64,000 nt of DNA from contig MU058824.1 of NCBI GenBank assembly GCA_013265495.1, forward strand, positions 1 through 64,000, written 5' to 3'. Shown in pieces: positions 1-12,930 of this stretch (position 1 is the first letter of the stretch; every line of letters starts with the position of its first letter). Position numbers and translations under genes: made by a program. This stretch comes from Vicugna vicugna (taxonomy: Eukaryota). The notes under the pieces are model-generated. The model saw only the letters and a program-made list of their open reading frames with translations. It was not told the DNA's origin and ran no database searches.

Positions 1-30
1 CCCCCCCATCCCCTCTGGATGGCAGGCGAC

Positions 31-210
<180 letters not shown>

Positions 211-386
211 TCAAATTTGTTAGAGTCCCTAGTTGATCAAAATTGTATCATTATTTGATAATTTTTTTGACTACATTCAATTTAAAATGACAGGGGAAAA
301 TAAGACAATTGAAATTTGATCAAGCAGGTGCAGATATTAGACACAGGGGTTAAACAGGCAGCAAGGCAGCAACTAAAGAACACACT

Positions 387-480
387 GGGGTGGGGGGCAC
401 AGCTCAGTGGCAGACTGCCTGCTTAGCATGCCCGAGGTCCTGGGTTCAACCCCCAGAACTCCAGTAAAACAAATTTTTTT
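387..480 (+). mobile_element. tRNA-Ala-derived SINE (camelid Vic-1-like) in EI24 intron 10
   Basis: AGCTCAGTGG A-box, GGTTCAACCC B-box, GCTTAGCATG anticodon arm. Confidence 0.8.
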
Positions 481-1247
481 ATTTTAAATGCACTGGGTCT
501 GGTCACTGACATGAGTACAGTGGAATCACCATTTGCCAGGACTTAGAGGAAATAAAGTTCTACTTTAGCTTTAATTCTGATTCAATAAAGTGCTTTCCTA
601 GGGTACAAAATTCAAGCTATGTCTTAAGATATCATATGCTGTGTGTATTTCATTTTCAAGTGTTTCAAGAGAAAGTCAGTTACACTAAGACACACATTGA
701 GCATTACTAGACAGCAAGAGCACTCGGGAGCCCAAACAGATCTGAAGTTTCTTGTATGTGTATCCTCACTGACTTAACCAAAATTGATCAAAAGACTGGG
801 TTTCTCTTTGAAGTGATACAACTTTGAGTGCTAACATTGCTAGAGTCATTTTAAAATACTTTGTTTTACTATCATTATCAATAAACTCATGTCCAATCAT
901 ATGGCTCACTATTTTTAAATAGTTGGCCATTCTTACAAAAATGAACTTAACTACAGGTTGTATATAAATGCCTTATTCAGAGAATTGTTACATTTTAAGA
1001 ATATGTATAATAGCATCAATTTTTGAAAATTTATTTGCACCTATGCATGGGGAAAATTAGGGGGTATAGCCCAGAAGTGTTTCCCTCCTTAAACTGTATG
1101 TTAATGTTTTCCTGCAATGTAAGGTTATTTAAAAAAAAAAAAAGAACCCTCAATAAAATTGTCTCACACTCACATAACTGTGATACCACAGCCCTAATCC
1201 TTTAGACAGAAAAAACTACACTTTAGCTAATACTGGCTAATACTTAC

Positions 1248-1348
<101 letters not shown>

Positions 1349-1742
1349 TTAGTCACCTTCATAATAGCCACGACTCTGAAGGTATTAGAAGCCCGAAGTT
1401 CTTTGCCTCCAGTGCTGATATCATGACTTATGGACCCTTAATATAGCAAACACATCTTTTCCCAACAATGACAACAACAAAAGGATTTTTCTAAGCACTG
1501 GCTACGTTTAACATCGTTTTAGGAAGCAACATAGAAGAATATGGCTTCTAGGATTACGCAGGCTGTATTTTAATGCTAACTGACAAACGCCTACAGCTTT
1601 CTGGCAAGGAGAAAAATCCTTACAGACCGCCTGACAGCCAAGTAAGAATGTGGAAGGCCTGGCAGAGAACCAGGCACACAGAAGGCGCTCCCTACCCTGA
1701 GTGTTCTTCCTAGTCCCCTTCAAGTCCCGACAGTCCAATTAC

Positions 1743-1854
1743 CTGACGATGTAGGAGGACTGCATTGCTGTGAGGAAAGCCAAGGGCAGACCAAAGCCAA
1801 AGTAGTAAGGCCAGTTCCTTTCTATGTTTGACAACCGCTGGTGCATTTCAATTC
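1743..1854 (-). CDS. EI24: EI24 exon 9 ([37 protein letters not shown])
   Basis: Canonical AG/GTAAT; 112 nt. Confidence 0.97.
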
Positions 1855-2520
1855 CTAAAACAAGGAGCCGATACAGTTAGGCTGCATATTTCCGTTTAGT
1901 CAAATGACTAAATGTGGTAGACAACTTATTTGAAGTTTATGTTTTAGGTACAGATCTGCCATTCAGGAAACAGCCAAAACATATAAATTAAAATTGTCTA
2001 AATCTGATAAAGCTTCTCTGCAAAGTGTTTACAATTCAATAACCACAATTTCAAAGCTGGCAGGCTAAGGGAGTTCTGAATTACAACACCAGCATCCTTT
2101 GTCAGGATTAGTCTTGAACAAAGCAAAGCCTCAAAAGGTAGCCATCCTCTAGAAATCAGTTAACCCCTTTCAACCATCCACACCCAAATATGCCAAGGAC
2201 TTTCAAAATATCACCAAGATAATCTGAATGCACCAACGTCAAATTCATTTCTCTAATTCAGAATAACTCGTGCTCATTTGCGCCATCTTATGGCTGTCAG
2301 AGCTACATCGCATTAAGCATCGTAAGGGTAATGCTATGTGGCTATATGCCTCAGCATCAAAGTTAAGGGTAAAACCCCCTAAGCCAAAGGTAGGTTCCTT
2401 TCTGCCAGAAAGGCTGCTTCATTCCAAAGGCGGTCTGCCAAGAGCCTAAGTTGAAGAATTTAAGAAGTCTGCTTAGCAGCAGCATTTCCAAACTGGGCCT
2501 CCAAGCTCTGAGTTCCGTTA

Positions 2521-2694
<174 letters not shown>

Positions 2695-2900
2695 CTATTC
2701 ACCTGCCACTCTGCACCATCACTCTCTGCCCAGATAGCCTGGTCGTTGCTCCTCAAGGCTCTAAATCGCAGGAGAGTGGAGAATGCCCAGGGTGGCAGGG
2801 AAGAGCGTTTCTTATCATTTCATGGTTTTAAAAGTCTCTAGTTGTTTCTGTGAAAAACAATGATTTAAAAATCAACACATCCCATAAACGTATCTGCTCA

Positions 2901-3260
<360 letters not shown>

Positions 3261-3417
3261 TTACAGGAGCACAAAGGGCACCCACGGGCTGCTGGACCAA
3301 GGAAAGTTAAGGCTGTGAAATCGCTCCTTACATGGCCACCAACTTCATACACTGAAATCTGCCACCTGACGACCCACCACGCAGTAAAACCCAGACCCCG
3401 TGCTGCCCTGGACCTAC

Positions 3418-3542
3418 CTGAAACCAAATCGCGTTCACAACTTTGCTAAGCACAAACAGGGGGAGCACCCAAAGAGCACTGAAAATTGACGTGAGGAGGA
3501 ACTCCAGCCACGACCAAACATCCCCATGGAGTGATGGGTCAC
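3418..3542 (-). CDS. EI24: EI24 exon 6 ([42 protein letters not shown])
   Basis: Canonical AG/GTAGGT; 125 nt. Confidence 0.97.
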
Positions 3543-3804
3543 CTAAGGAAGGGGAAAGAGGTTGTTGGTTTAACTGGAGAAATGGCAAACCAGAAGACCA
3601 AAGGCACACTCCCTCGCTGGAGACTATTCCTTCCCCCTCCACACACAGACACCTCTGCTTCTGGCCAGCACATAACTGCACCTATTTCAGATGGTCTTAT
3701 TCTTCACAGACACACCCAACTGTGGCCACAACTCCAGTTCAGAGTAGCCATACATATGTGCTGCTTACCTTGAGACAAACCTGCTTACCTGGTGGTGACT
3801 GAGA

Positions 3805-4015
3805 TGTCAGTGATTAAAAAGCAGTACACTGTACGCAGGAAGCCACCCAGGTTTAAGTCCCAGTTCTGCTACTTCCCAATGGTTTAAGCTTGGTAACTAA
3901 CTTCCATTTCCTCATCTATAAAATGGTATCTATAACAATACCCACTCAAAGGGTTGTTGAGAGATCTGAGTTAAAGACATCTAAAGCTCCCAGTACAGAG
4001 GAAGTGTTCAATAAA
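3805..4015 (+). mobile_element. MIR in EI24 intron 5
   Basis: tttcctcatctataaaatgg core and 3' tcaataaa. Confidence 0.75.
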
Positions 4016-4085
4016 CTGAGGGAGACAGGGAAACACCTCCCCCCTCCATCCCAGGCAGACAGCACGGAGCAATGTACAGACTTAC

Positions 4086-4152
4086 CAATAATTTGGGCCG
4101 TTACTGACTGAAGCACAGGAATAAACACTCGATAAAACAAGAGGAGGCTCAA
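4086..4152 (-). CDS. EI24: EI24 exon 5 (LSLLLFYRVFIPVLQSVTAQII)
   Basis: Canonical AG/GTAAG; 67 nt. Confidence 0.97.
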
Positions 4153-5085
4153 CTACAGGAGAGAAGCAATAAGGTAAACGTTAAAAGCCTGTCTTTACAA
4201 CAACAGTTCCATTTTAAGCTGCTAAATTTGTGCTAATTTGTTACACAGTAATAGAAAAACAATGTGTTTCCCCACTGGAAAAATTAACAAATAAAACAAG
4301 AGTTCCAAGTTTCAGTGTAATTATTTTCCAGATAGAAGTGCCTTTTATAAATTAGGAGGCCTGAAGAGGCACCAAAATTCTATTTCCCCATCCTCCACCT
4401 GAGAGGTACAAACTTGACACTGCCTATGAAAACAGTAAAGCTTTGGGGGGCATAGATGAACAGTTCAATTAGTATTCAGGCCAAAATGGAGGCATATACT
4501 AAGTTCATAGTAATATTTTATTAATTAAAGTTAACACCTAAAAACATCTGTGAAATGTTTAGATTAACAAGTTGAATTATACTCCATTCCAGGTCAAAGA
4601 AAATATTTAACTACCTGTTCTTTAAACTACTCAAATTTCAATTAAGCCTGCGTTGGTTCTCAGTTAATTGCAGGCAACCTTCCAGTATCGGTTTCAATGG
4701 TAATCAATTCTAATACACTGCTATGACCAGAGGCAGGGAGAACCTTGGCCATCTGTCCTTCCCCTCTGAGCCCCCATAGTTGCTTTTGGCCAAAATGTCC
4801 AGACAGTATCAACAGAAATTGTTACCTAACACGTTAAACTTGTGAATAAATCATTTAAGAGAAAGGTGTATATATTCAGGCTTATCCCTGACATTTACAG
4901 CCAAGTATTCTCTGAGTGGGGATAAAATCACTGCAGGAGCACAGAATCCTGATTTATGGTCTTAAGCCCAGATATCAGCAGGTAAGAGCTACTTGTCTCA
5001 GTTCAAGAAGATAGTTGAGAACCATTAACATGGCAACTATTTGAAGATGCTTATAAGGCACCTGGAATTTGAGGAAAAAACTTAC

Positions 5086-5146
5086 CCAGAATACTCCACC
5101 ATTCCAAGCGCAGCACTGAAAAATTCTACTAACAATACGTGGTTCA
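5086..5146 (-). CDS. EI24: EI24 exon 4 ([21 protein letters not shown])
   Basis: Canonical AG/GT; 61 nt; lies within ORF 4975..5160. Confidence 0.97.
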
Positions 5147-5701
5147 CTGGAAAAGACCACATGTATTTAGCTTAAAAAAGGCATAGAGGCTATTTCCATA
5201 CTGTTATTCAGTAGCTCTCCTTTTTGTCTTTTGTTGGCACCACATTATTTTTCCAGCACTTATTTTTCTCCCAATGTTCTCTCCTAATGTCAATGAGAAA
5301 AGGCTAAAAATATTTTAAGAGAAGTAATTTTTCTTAAAAAGAAAAAAAATATATTTTCTAAAATCCAAGATTGGTGAAGATTAAAAGAGGATGTCTGAGG
5401 TTCTTCCTTCAAATAAAATCCACCCAGATGTTCCTACAGGTGTCCACCAATCCATTCTGATTTTTTTAAAACACCATATTTTGAACAAGGATTTCTCCCA
5501 GACCTGAGTTTAATTCAATGTCCAGGGGTGGGGGGGCTGTGCCCATAACATTTTGTGGGGGAGAAAGTACAAACAACAAATAATGGGGTACTAAAATGCC
5601 AAGGAACTATGTAGAGTCTGAATTCTATACTAAGGATCAATCACTTACTAAAATGCTCCCTGGGAGGTCAGACACCTTCTGACAGCAGCCTCCACTCCTT
5701 A

Positions 5702-5848
<147 letters not shown>

Positions 5849-5974
5849 CTAGAAACAAGAACGTTATTTTTAAAGAAGATGATTGTGGATCAGAAAGCTT
5901 TCCAAAGTGACATAAAGTGAAATAACAGTGGAAATCATTGTACTTAGTTTGCTACATGGCTTAAGAGAGCCTTG

Positions 5975-6830
5975 ATTTTTTTTTTAAATAATTCCCAGTT
6001 TACAGGAGAGCTGCAAGAATGAAGAACTTCCTAATACCCTTTCTCCAGATTCATCAGATTTTCTGCCACATTATTTATTATTATTCACATGTACACATTT
6101 TCCAAATCACTTGAGTGGATTGCTATGTCTCTTTACTTTTAATTCCTCAGTGTATATTTCCTAAAAGTAATAATATTCTTTTCTATAGCCACAAGATAGT
6201 TACCTATTCAAGAAAATATTGAAATAGTTTAATTGGCAGTTCAAATTCCAATTTCGCCATGTGTCCCAGGAATGTCCTCTACAGCATTTTTACCCCTCAA
6301 GTATCAGAAATCAGTTCAGAATCAGATGTTGCATTTAGCTGTCATCTCTTTAAAAGTCTCCTTTATTCAGGAACAGCTCTTTAGCCTGTCATCTTATGCA
6401 AAGCACACAGGCCAGTTATTTTATGGCGTGTCCTCAATTTAGTTTGTTTCCTCCTGCTCAGACCCAGGTCCCACATTTTTGGCAGGAGTATCACATAAGT
6501 GATGCTGTGCTCTTCCGGGTATTACATCCAGAAGCACACAATGTCTGCCCTTTGTGATGTCAATTTTGCATATTCAGTCAGTTTTGCACATTCATCAAGG
6601 TGTCATCCAGCTCCACTGGATGGCTGCAAATTTTTCTCCTTGCAACTAGTAAGTAAACTGTAGGCAGACATTTCTGAGGTCAGGCAAATATCCTGCTCAT
6701 CAAGTTCTCTCCCTCAGATTTAGCTTGATTGACAATTCTTGTCCAAATCTTGAATAACATGGTTGCAAAACAGTGGCTTTCCAATCCCTCCAACACTTAT
6801 CCATACTGTAAAGCCAAATTACTGCCCTCC
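5975..6830 (-). mobile_element. L1MC-like 3' region in EI24 intron 2
   Basis: Poly-T start followed by L1MC4/5-like 3' UTR text. Confidence 0.6.
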
Positions 6831-8139
6831 CCTGTACTCTTCCAATATCAGTTGAATGCCTACAGTATGATCTATATCCTGTACTAAAGTAGCAATGTAA
6901 GGATAAATTAAACACTGGTCTCTAGAAAGGACCAGGGCTGGACCAAGCCTGGAGAAAGACACAAAGAAATAATTACTGTAAAAGTGTGAAAAGGATAAGA
7001 GCACGCCACACAAGACACAAACAACATGATAGTGTAGCTGGAGGAGAATGTCTTTAAACAACGTACGGTGGGGCAGAGGGTTAAGTCTTAAATCAGTGAT
7101 GGAGGCACTTGCCAATAACTGGAAGAGCCCCAACTGCAGAAAGGTTACTGTCATTACTACAAACATCACAGCTGCCCATCACCCAGGTCAAAGAACTGCA
7201 CTCGCTCATCCACCCACTCCCACATTGAGCATCTTCAATGAACTAGACACCAGCCATACAAAATTGCTCAACAAACTATAACTTAGCAGGAAAAGTACAC
7301 AAGTAAACCAAAAAAAAAAAAAGTACAGTTTAGTAAATGTCACAACAGATTTATGTCCAAAGTAGAGGGGGAAGGACTGGTGTATTCAACTTCATAAGGA
7401 AGTGGAAAAAGGCATTCTAGAAGCAATGGCCAACCTGGACTAAAGAATGGCATTTTCCCCTATTATGAGGGGAAACAAATTTTAGAGAAAACTGCCAGGA
7501 TACAGAGAAATGGACAAGTTTATGAACTACCACTGACAAGGGCGTAAACTGGCAGTGTGCACCTGATCTTTTATCTATGAGTGATGTTTAATCTTATTTT
7601 GCTTTTTAACTTCTAAGTCATCCACAAATAGTTTAAATATTTAAGATAGCCAAGTTCAAATGGCCGAGGGCCTAGGATGTGCTAGAATGATGACAAGAAC
7701 CCCGCCTCTAAGATACTTAGTCTAGAGGGGCAGACAAACACATGAAGTGCACTCTGGAGCACTAACCCAGGGCTGAAATTTTACCACAGAAGACAAGGGC
7801 GTAAGGTATTAAAAGTAGATCACACTGCATGAATTCTCTCTGGCTCTTCTAAAATATTCCTTTAATTCTCCCTCTTTACTCCAAGGTAATAAACTTTTAA
7901 ACACGCCCACTGGGGAACACTGCCACTCCCCCATCAGAGCTGGCCTCCCTCCTGCTCCCAGGAACACAGCTACAGGTGCTACACCCAGGGCATGAGAACT
8001 CAGACATCCTCTATAAGGGAATTTTAAGCTACTGATCATTTGGGTGATTGGTCGCCCACAGATCTTTATGGGACGTTTTCCTAGAGTATCATCAACTGCA
8101 GAAAAAGGTAGGTTCTACAATGTAGAATCCAAACTAAGA

Positions 8140-8313
8140 AGATTAGGTATTAGTACTGTACCAGTGTTCACTGCCTGGTTTTGTTCAGCGTGCCATGGTT
8201 ACCTAAGATGCTAACGTTAGGAGAACCTGGTGAACGATACAGGGGAACTCTGTACCATCTTGCAACTTTTCTGTTAGTGTAAAATTATTCCAAAATAAAC
8301 TTTAAATAAAAAA
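8140..8313 (+). mobile_element. L1MC-type 3' end
   Basis: ggaactctgtaccatcttgcaactttt...aaaattattccaaaataaa. Confidence 0.65.
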
Positions 8314-8542
8314 CAAGGTCTGGGGCCAAGCTGACCAGGGTTCCAAAACTAGAGACACTCATTAGACAGGACTCTCAAGCTTCTGCAAGCTGAAGGATAA
8401 CACCTCTCTTGAGTATTGTGAATTAGAATGAAAACCTGTATGTAAAAAACCAACAAATGTAATAAACATTCCAAAACTACCTAAAGGATTTCCTAGTCAG
8501 TTCCTGCAGCAAAAGGGTCAAGGGAAGACTTGATGTACTCAC

Positions 8543-8584
8543 CCTGGCAAGGTCCTGCAGAAAGGTTTTGACACTGTCAGCCAT
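8543..8584 (-). CDS. EI24: EI24 exon 2, coding part (start codon; MADSVKTFLQDLAR)
   Basis: ATG at 8584-8582 in GAGATGG context; donor GTGAGT at 8542; peptide matches the EI24 N-terminus. Confidence 0.97.
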
Positions 8585-8711
8585 CTCTTCACCACCCAAA
8601 CTACCAACTACACAGAGAGAGATGCGTCCCCCAGTCTTCCATCATGAAGGACCCGGCAGCTTCGCCGCCGCCGCGGCTCCGGCTCCGGGCCGGCCTATCA
8701 TCATGAAGGAC
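8585..8711 (-). other. EI24: EI24 exon 2, 5' UTR part (contains a 59-bp anomalous insertion; see findings)
   Basis: Acceptor ctgtctccAG at 8713-8712 followed by GTCCTTCATGATG. Confidence 0.85.
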
Positions 8712-10039
8712 CTGGAGACAGACGGAGCATAATGGAGGAAAGTATTCATCTTCGAGTTACTTCATGTGTATTTGCACACGATGACGTTTTCCACACACTT
8801 CTCTAACGGGAGTGCAGTGGCTCCTTGCACTTAGGTAGACGCTAGCAGTGGACAAAGTGAGGTTATACCTGTACCTGCTGAAAAGCCTGAAATCAGTTAC
8901 GTTTTTAAATCACTTACCATCATTTCCCTTTCACGTCGGGTAAACGTGCTCATGGACCAGTGGTCTCTTCTCTGGGCCTTGATTTCCCTGACTATCTTCC
9001 TACATATCCCACTTCTGAGATTTTTGAGATGCTTGATAATTACATTTCAATATCCTCTTAAGCAATAGTTGTGCTTGATGTGACTTGAATGAAAATATAA
9101 GAGCAACTTGAAAGTTCTAACAAAAATTACTAAATACACACTTCACACACAGGGCCCTCCATCTCATAGATAAGCTTATGGTATGAGGTGAAATTTCCCA
9201 CTACGTGCAAATATTTGACCCTGTCTACCAACTTGAAGTATACACATATGTGCACAATTTTAACAAGCATGCAAAAAACAATGGATTTTAAACTAGGCCC
9301 CAAAAAAGTCAAGTTTGCGTTTATAAATATTCTTTAACACACTACATTTTATTTCTTAGGTGAATGAGCAATCTAGCTTCATAAAATAATTTGAAAGTTC
9401 ACATGTATAAATATTCTCAAAATACTATACTCTTATGTAATGTCTTTAAAGTGAACGGAAAACCCATTTTCAAAATTTCAGTTAAGAACTTGGGATTCTA
9501 AAGTTCTCAAACCTGACTAAGCTGATCTAGGGTATTCTCAATTTAAGAGACGGACCATAATGACAATTTCACAGGCAGCTTGTAGAAACCTCAAACTTCA
9601 AAACCTAAGCATGCTTTCCCTAATAATCACTTCACCCAGCTGTACCCTACTGACCCAACTGGACGCCTGCCATCCAGAACAGGAAGAGCAGGGAACAGAG
9701 CAGTAGGAAGGCAACCTGCCCAACACTGTATGTACCATCTGCTCCTTGGATCAAATCCCACACAAGCACTCATTCAGGTAGAGAAGTTTCTAGGGTAAGA
9801 AACTTTTAATGCTCCCACTTAAAAATAAACAAAAACCCCTGAATGATAGGATAACTCAGTGCCAGATGAACAGTGAATGCTCTGTGACAAATACGTGAGA
9901 CACTAGTTTGTAAAGACTACCATGGATTCACTCTTAACTTCCTCATCTAGAAATTAAAGCTATTAAAATTATTCATAGATTTTGAATACAAAGTGCAATA
10001 ACATTTTCATGTTCTCTTTTCAAATAATTTTTTAAAACT

Positions 10040-10191
10040 TTAGTTTTATTGTTTTTTTGTTTGTTTGTTGTTGTTGCTTCGGGTAAGGTAATTAGGATTA
10101 TTTTTTGTCTTTACTGGAGGTACTGGGGATTGAACCCGGGACCTCATGCATGCTAAGCAGGCACTCTATCAATTGAGCTATACCCTCCCCC
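10040..10191 (-). mobile_element. tRNA-Ala-derived SINE, long form
   Basis: Reverse complement of a GGGGAGGGTATAGCTCA...CCCCAGTACCTCC head, then CCTAATTACC and an A-rich tail. Confidence 0.85.
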
Positions 10192-11364
10192 CTAAAAGCT
10201 TAACTTCTATGTAAACATAATCCCACTACAGAAGGAGCTAGTTTGGGAGTTCAAGGAAGTCAATTACTTAGTCTGGATTTCTCACAGGGCGCTGACACAG
10301 CTCGAAGCGTTGTCAGTTCTAATCCAAGAAGAACAGCTGTGATACTTGAACCGTGGCCATCAACACCTGGCTTCTGCAAGTACCCAGTGGCAGACTACCT
10401 ACTGACCAACAGCGGCCTTTCAAGGACAAGTCACTTCAATATTCTACGGAGATCCTCGCAGCCTTCCTACAGAAACATTTGGTGAATTATCTGGTTTGAC
10501 AAAAAGCTGAGGCATGGCGAATAGCAACTGGCCAGAGGTTGAGACCAGAGGCTGAGTCACACGGAGGAATCCTCCAGTTGAGGTGGAAGGAAACAATAAG
10601 AATCTGGTTCACATCATTTCACAGATGGAGGAACCGAGTCTCTGAAGTTAAATGGCTTGCCCAAGATTACAGCAGTGGAAAGCTACATCGAACTTTAAAC
10701 GCCCAGTGTTCTAAACCCTCAGTCGGGACTTTTCACTCAAGCTCTGCAATGAGGAAGGATTTCTGTTTAACCCGAGCATCCCGTGGACAAACTAGTCTCT
10801 GTAGATACTGCTGGTCATTAAATTTCTAAACAGTCATGAGAACTTACTAAGCATCTACTGAGGCGCAGTCCTGTACTTTCATTTCTAAGTCAATAAACCC
10901 AAGTCCAGAAAGCAGGAGGCTGTCACATCCCACTCCAGGTGTAGAAAAGGTAAGCATCCTCACTTCCCACCGGGCTCCCCGGACCGCTCAGAGCCTCCGA
11001 AGGGACCCGACTCCCCCCAGCCCCCGCGCCAGCTCCTCGGCAATTCCGACTGGGAGCTGGTCTCCCCCTGCAACCACAGCCGTGCACGAGGCGCGGAGCA
11101 CGCTCACCTCCCATCACACGGGGAGCTAAAGATAGCCGCGCCGCACCTGGGCAGAGGCTCGCCCACCGGGGCGGGCAGCGTCCCGCGCCCCGGCCCTGCC
11201 CCGCCGCCGCAGCACCTTCCCGCCCGGGGTCCCTCCCGCCGTCCCCGCCCGCATCCCCCAAGCCGGCGCTCGGGCCCTGCTGCCCTCACCGCCCCTGACA
11301 CCGGAGCCCCTGCCGCGTCCGCTGTGCGCGGCGCCAAGGCCCGGCCCCGCCGAGCTACACCTAC

Positions 11365-11538
11365 CCGGCAGCTTCGCCGCCGCCGCGGCTCCGGCTCCGG
11401 GCCGGCCTCTTGCCCAAAGCGGGCCCGTTCGGCTCTTCCGCGCCCCTCTGCGCCCGGCCGCCCGCTCCCGCCGGGGCGCTCCCAGGGCCGGAGCCGCTGT
11501 GCCCGCACTGGGCATGCCCAGGCCGCACGGGGCCGCTC
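11365..11538 (-). other. EI24: EI24 non-coding exon 1 (5' end uncertain)
   Basis: Donor CCGG|GTAGGT at 11364; this boundary matches the spliced exon 1/exon 2 copy at 8640-8696; lies in the CpG island. Confidence 0.8.
11510..11519. promoter_or_regulatory. p53 response-element half-site GGGCATGCCC
   Basis: Perfect RRRCWWGYYY palindrome; EI24 (PIG8) is an established p53 target; no second perfect half-site adjacent. Confidence 0.45.
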
Positions 11539-12769
11539 AATGAAGGTTTTTTGTTAACCCTTTTGTATAAAAAATCTATATTTTTGTCATCTTAAAATCA
11601 TCAACTATGAAGGAAAAAAGACCAAACAGTGGGTCCCTAAGACAGGGAAGATGGTAAGTAGGAAGAATCGCAGTATTTTTCTTTTTTTCTGTTTTCTGTT
11701 TTCAAATAGGGTCTGTTTCATAAGGTAAGGCATGGGTGTGCCAGAAAAGGGAAGATGAGGGAGTATTTCTTAAGCTACCCTCTGTTAACAAGCTTTTCCC
11801 TTCAGTTTTCTTAGGTGGTATGATGTAGCTTTAGGGTTTTCTTTGCATCCTCATAAGCATTTTCATGCAAGGCTGGGAAAGGCTATGTCAGAGCCAGCTA
11901 ACCTAATACTGTTTTAACATTGCAGTTTTCTATCATTAGGCCCGATTAGGGGGTCGATGAGCACCAGGGAAATAAATGATGCATACTGACCTTCCCACAC
12001 TCTCCTACACCCGAGCCTATTCCACAAGGGTTGTAGACACACTAACCTGGGGACTCCCAGAGATCAAAAGGGGGAAATTTGCTGCAAGCACTTAGCCACA
12101 GTTTAAAACAATATCCCCATGCATTAGTTTGTGGTTAATTAGAATGATGAGTTTTGTCATGAGGCCAAACACTTCCTCTAACCTGAAGGAAAGATCATTC
12201 AGAGTATGTCATTCAAGGTGACAGAGAAGACCTGGTGTCACTTAGTTCTTTTCATAGTTGCTGGTATAATTATATTTATTTATGTGAGTTTTTTAAAATA
12301 ATTTTCCACTTGAATTAAGGAATTTGAGGAAAAATAAAATAACCAGTACCCACGTCCAGTATTTCTTTTCACGTGTGAATGTGTTCGTTAGATATTTTTC
12401 TTAGAAAAAAATATTATTTTAATAAAAAAGAATGCTGAGGGAGCAGAAAATGATCTGGGTTATAAATTAACAGCTCATACCATTAAATGATGAGGACCAC
12501 TCATTAATGAGCTAAATACAATGGACCAAAAAAACGCATTTTACTTCTTCCAAGTCATTTGGTGACATATTACAGGTTAATTAAGCATAGCCTAAGAAAG
12601 AATATTCTCTAAAAAAAGTTCGACTTGATTCTTCAAAAACTGAAGTGCACTATTTTGTTTCCAGGGGTCATAAAATCTGTCCTTTACACTCTGGCTATTA
12701 ACAGCTTTGTACTTGCAACTACAGGTTACTAAAAATATTGAAGGAATTAGCACAGGGTTGCCACAGGCA

Positions 12770-12930
12770 CTGAGAGCTGAAATCTGATGACCAGAAATTG
12801 CTGTCGGTTTTGAAATCACCCCGCATGGCTAAGTCAGTTGTTCGTGTGCATGTCTGCTGGGGAGCAGTGATCACGTGGTGCCAGATTTGGCAGGTGTGGT
12901 CCCCATCTTCCAAAAGAGGGAGGGAAGCTC
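12770..12930 (-). pseudogene. RAPGEF-like terminal exon remnant (N*LSH[fs]MR.VI.NRQQFLVIRFQLS)
   Basis: Resembles the CDC25 C-terminus SYVNHLYVIDSQQALFELSHRIE. Confidence 0.45.

Larger units (their letters stand above)
10960..11538. promoter_or_regulatory. CpG island at the EI24 5' end
   Basis: Very GC- and CpG-rich, multiple GC boxes (e.g. GGGGCGGG, CCCCGCC), overlaps exon 1 and the start of intron 1. Confidence 0.9.

Noticed and set aside
387..480. SINE heads as functional tRNA-Ala(AGC) genes (also at 10.1, 29.5, 42.9, 48.2 and 61.6 kb)
   Set aside because: Mutated stems, A-rich tails and target-site duplications identify them as SINEs.
10923..11595. Several 60-134 aa ORFs over the CpG island
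   Set aside because: Low-complexity Gly/Ala/Arg/Pro ORFs expected in GC-rich DNA; exon 1 is non-coding and an in-frame stop precedes the EI24 ATG.
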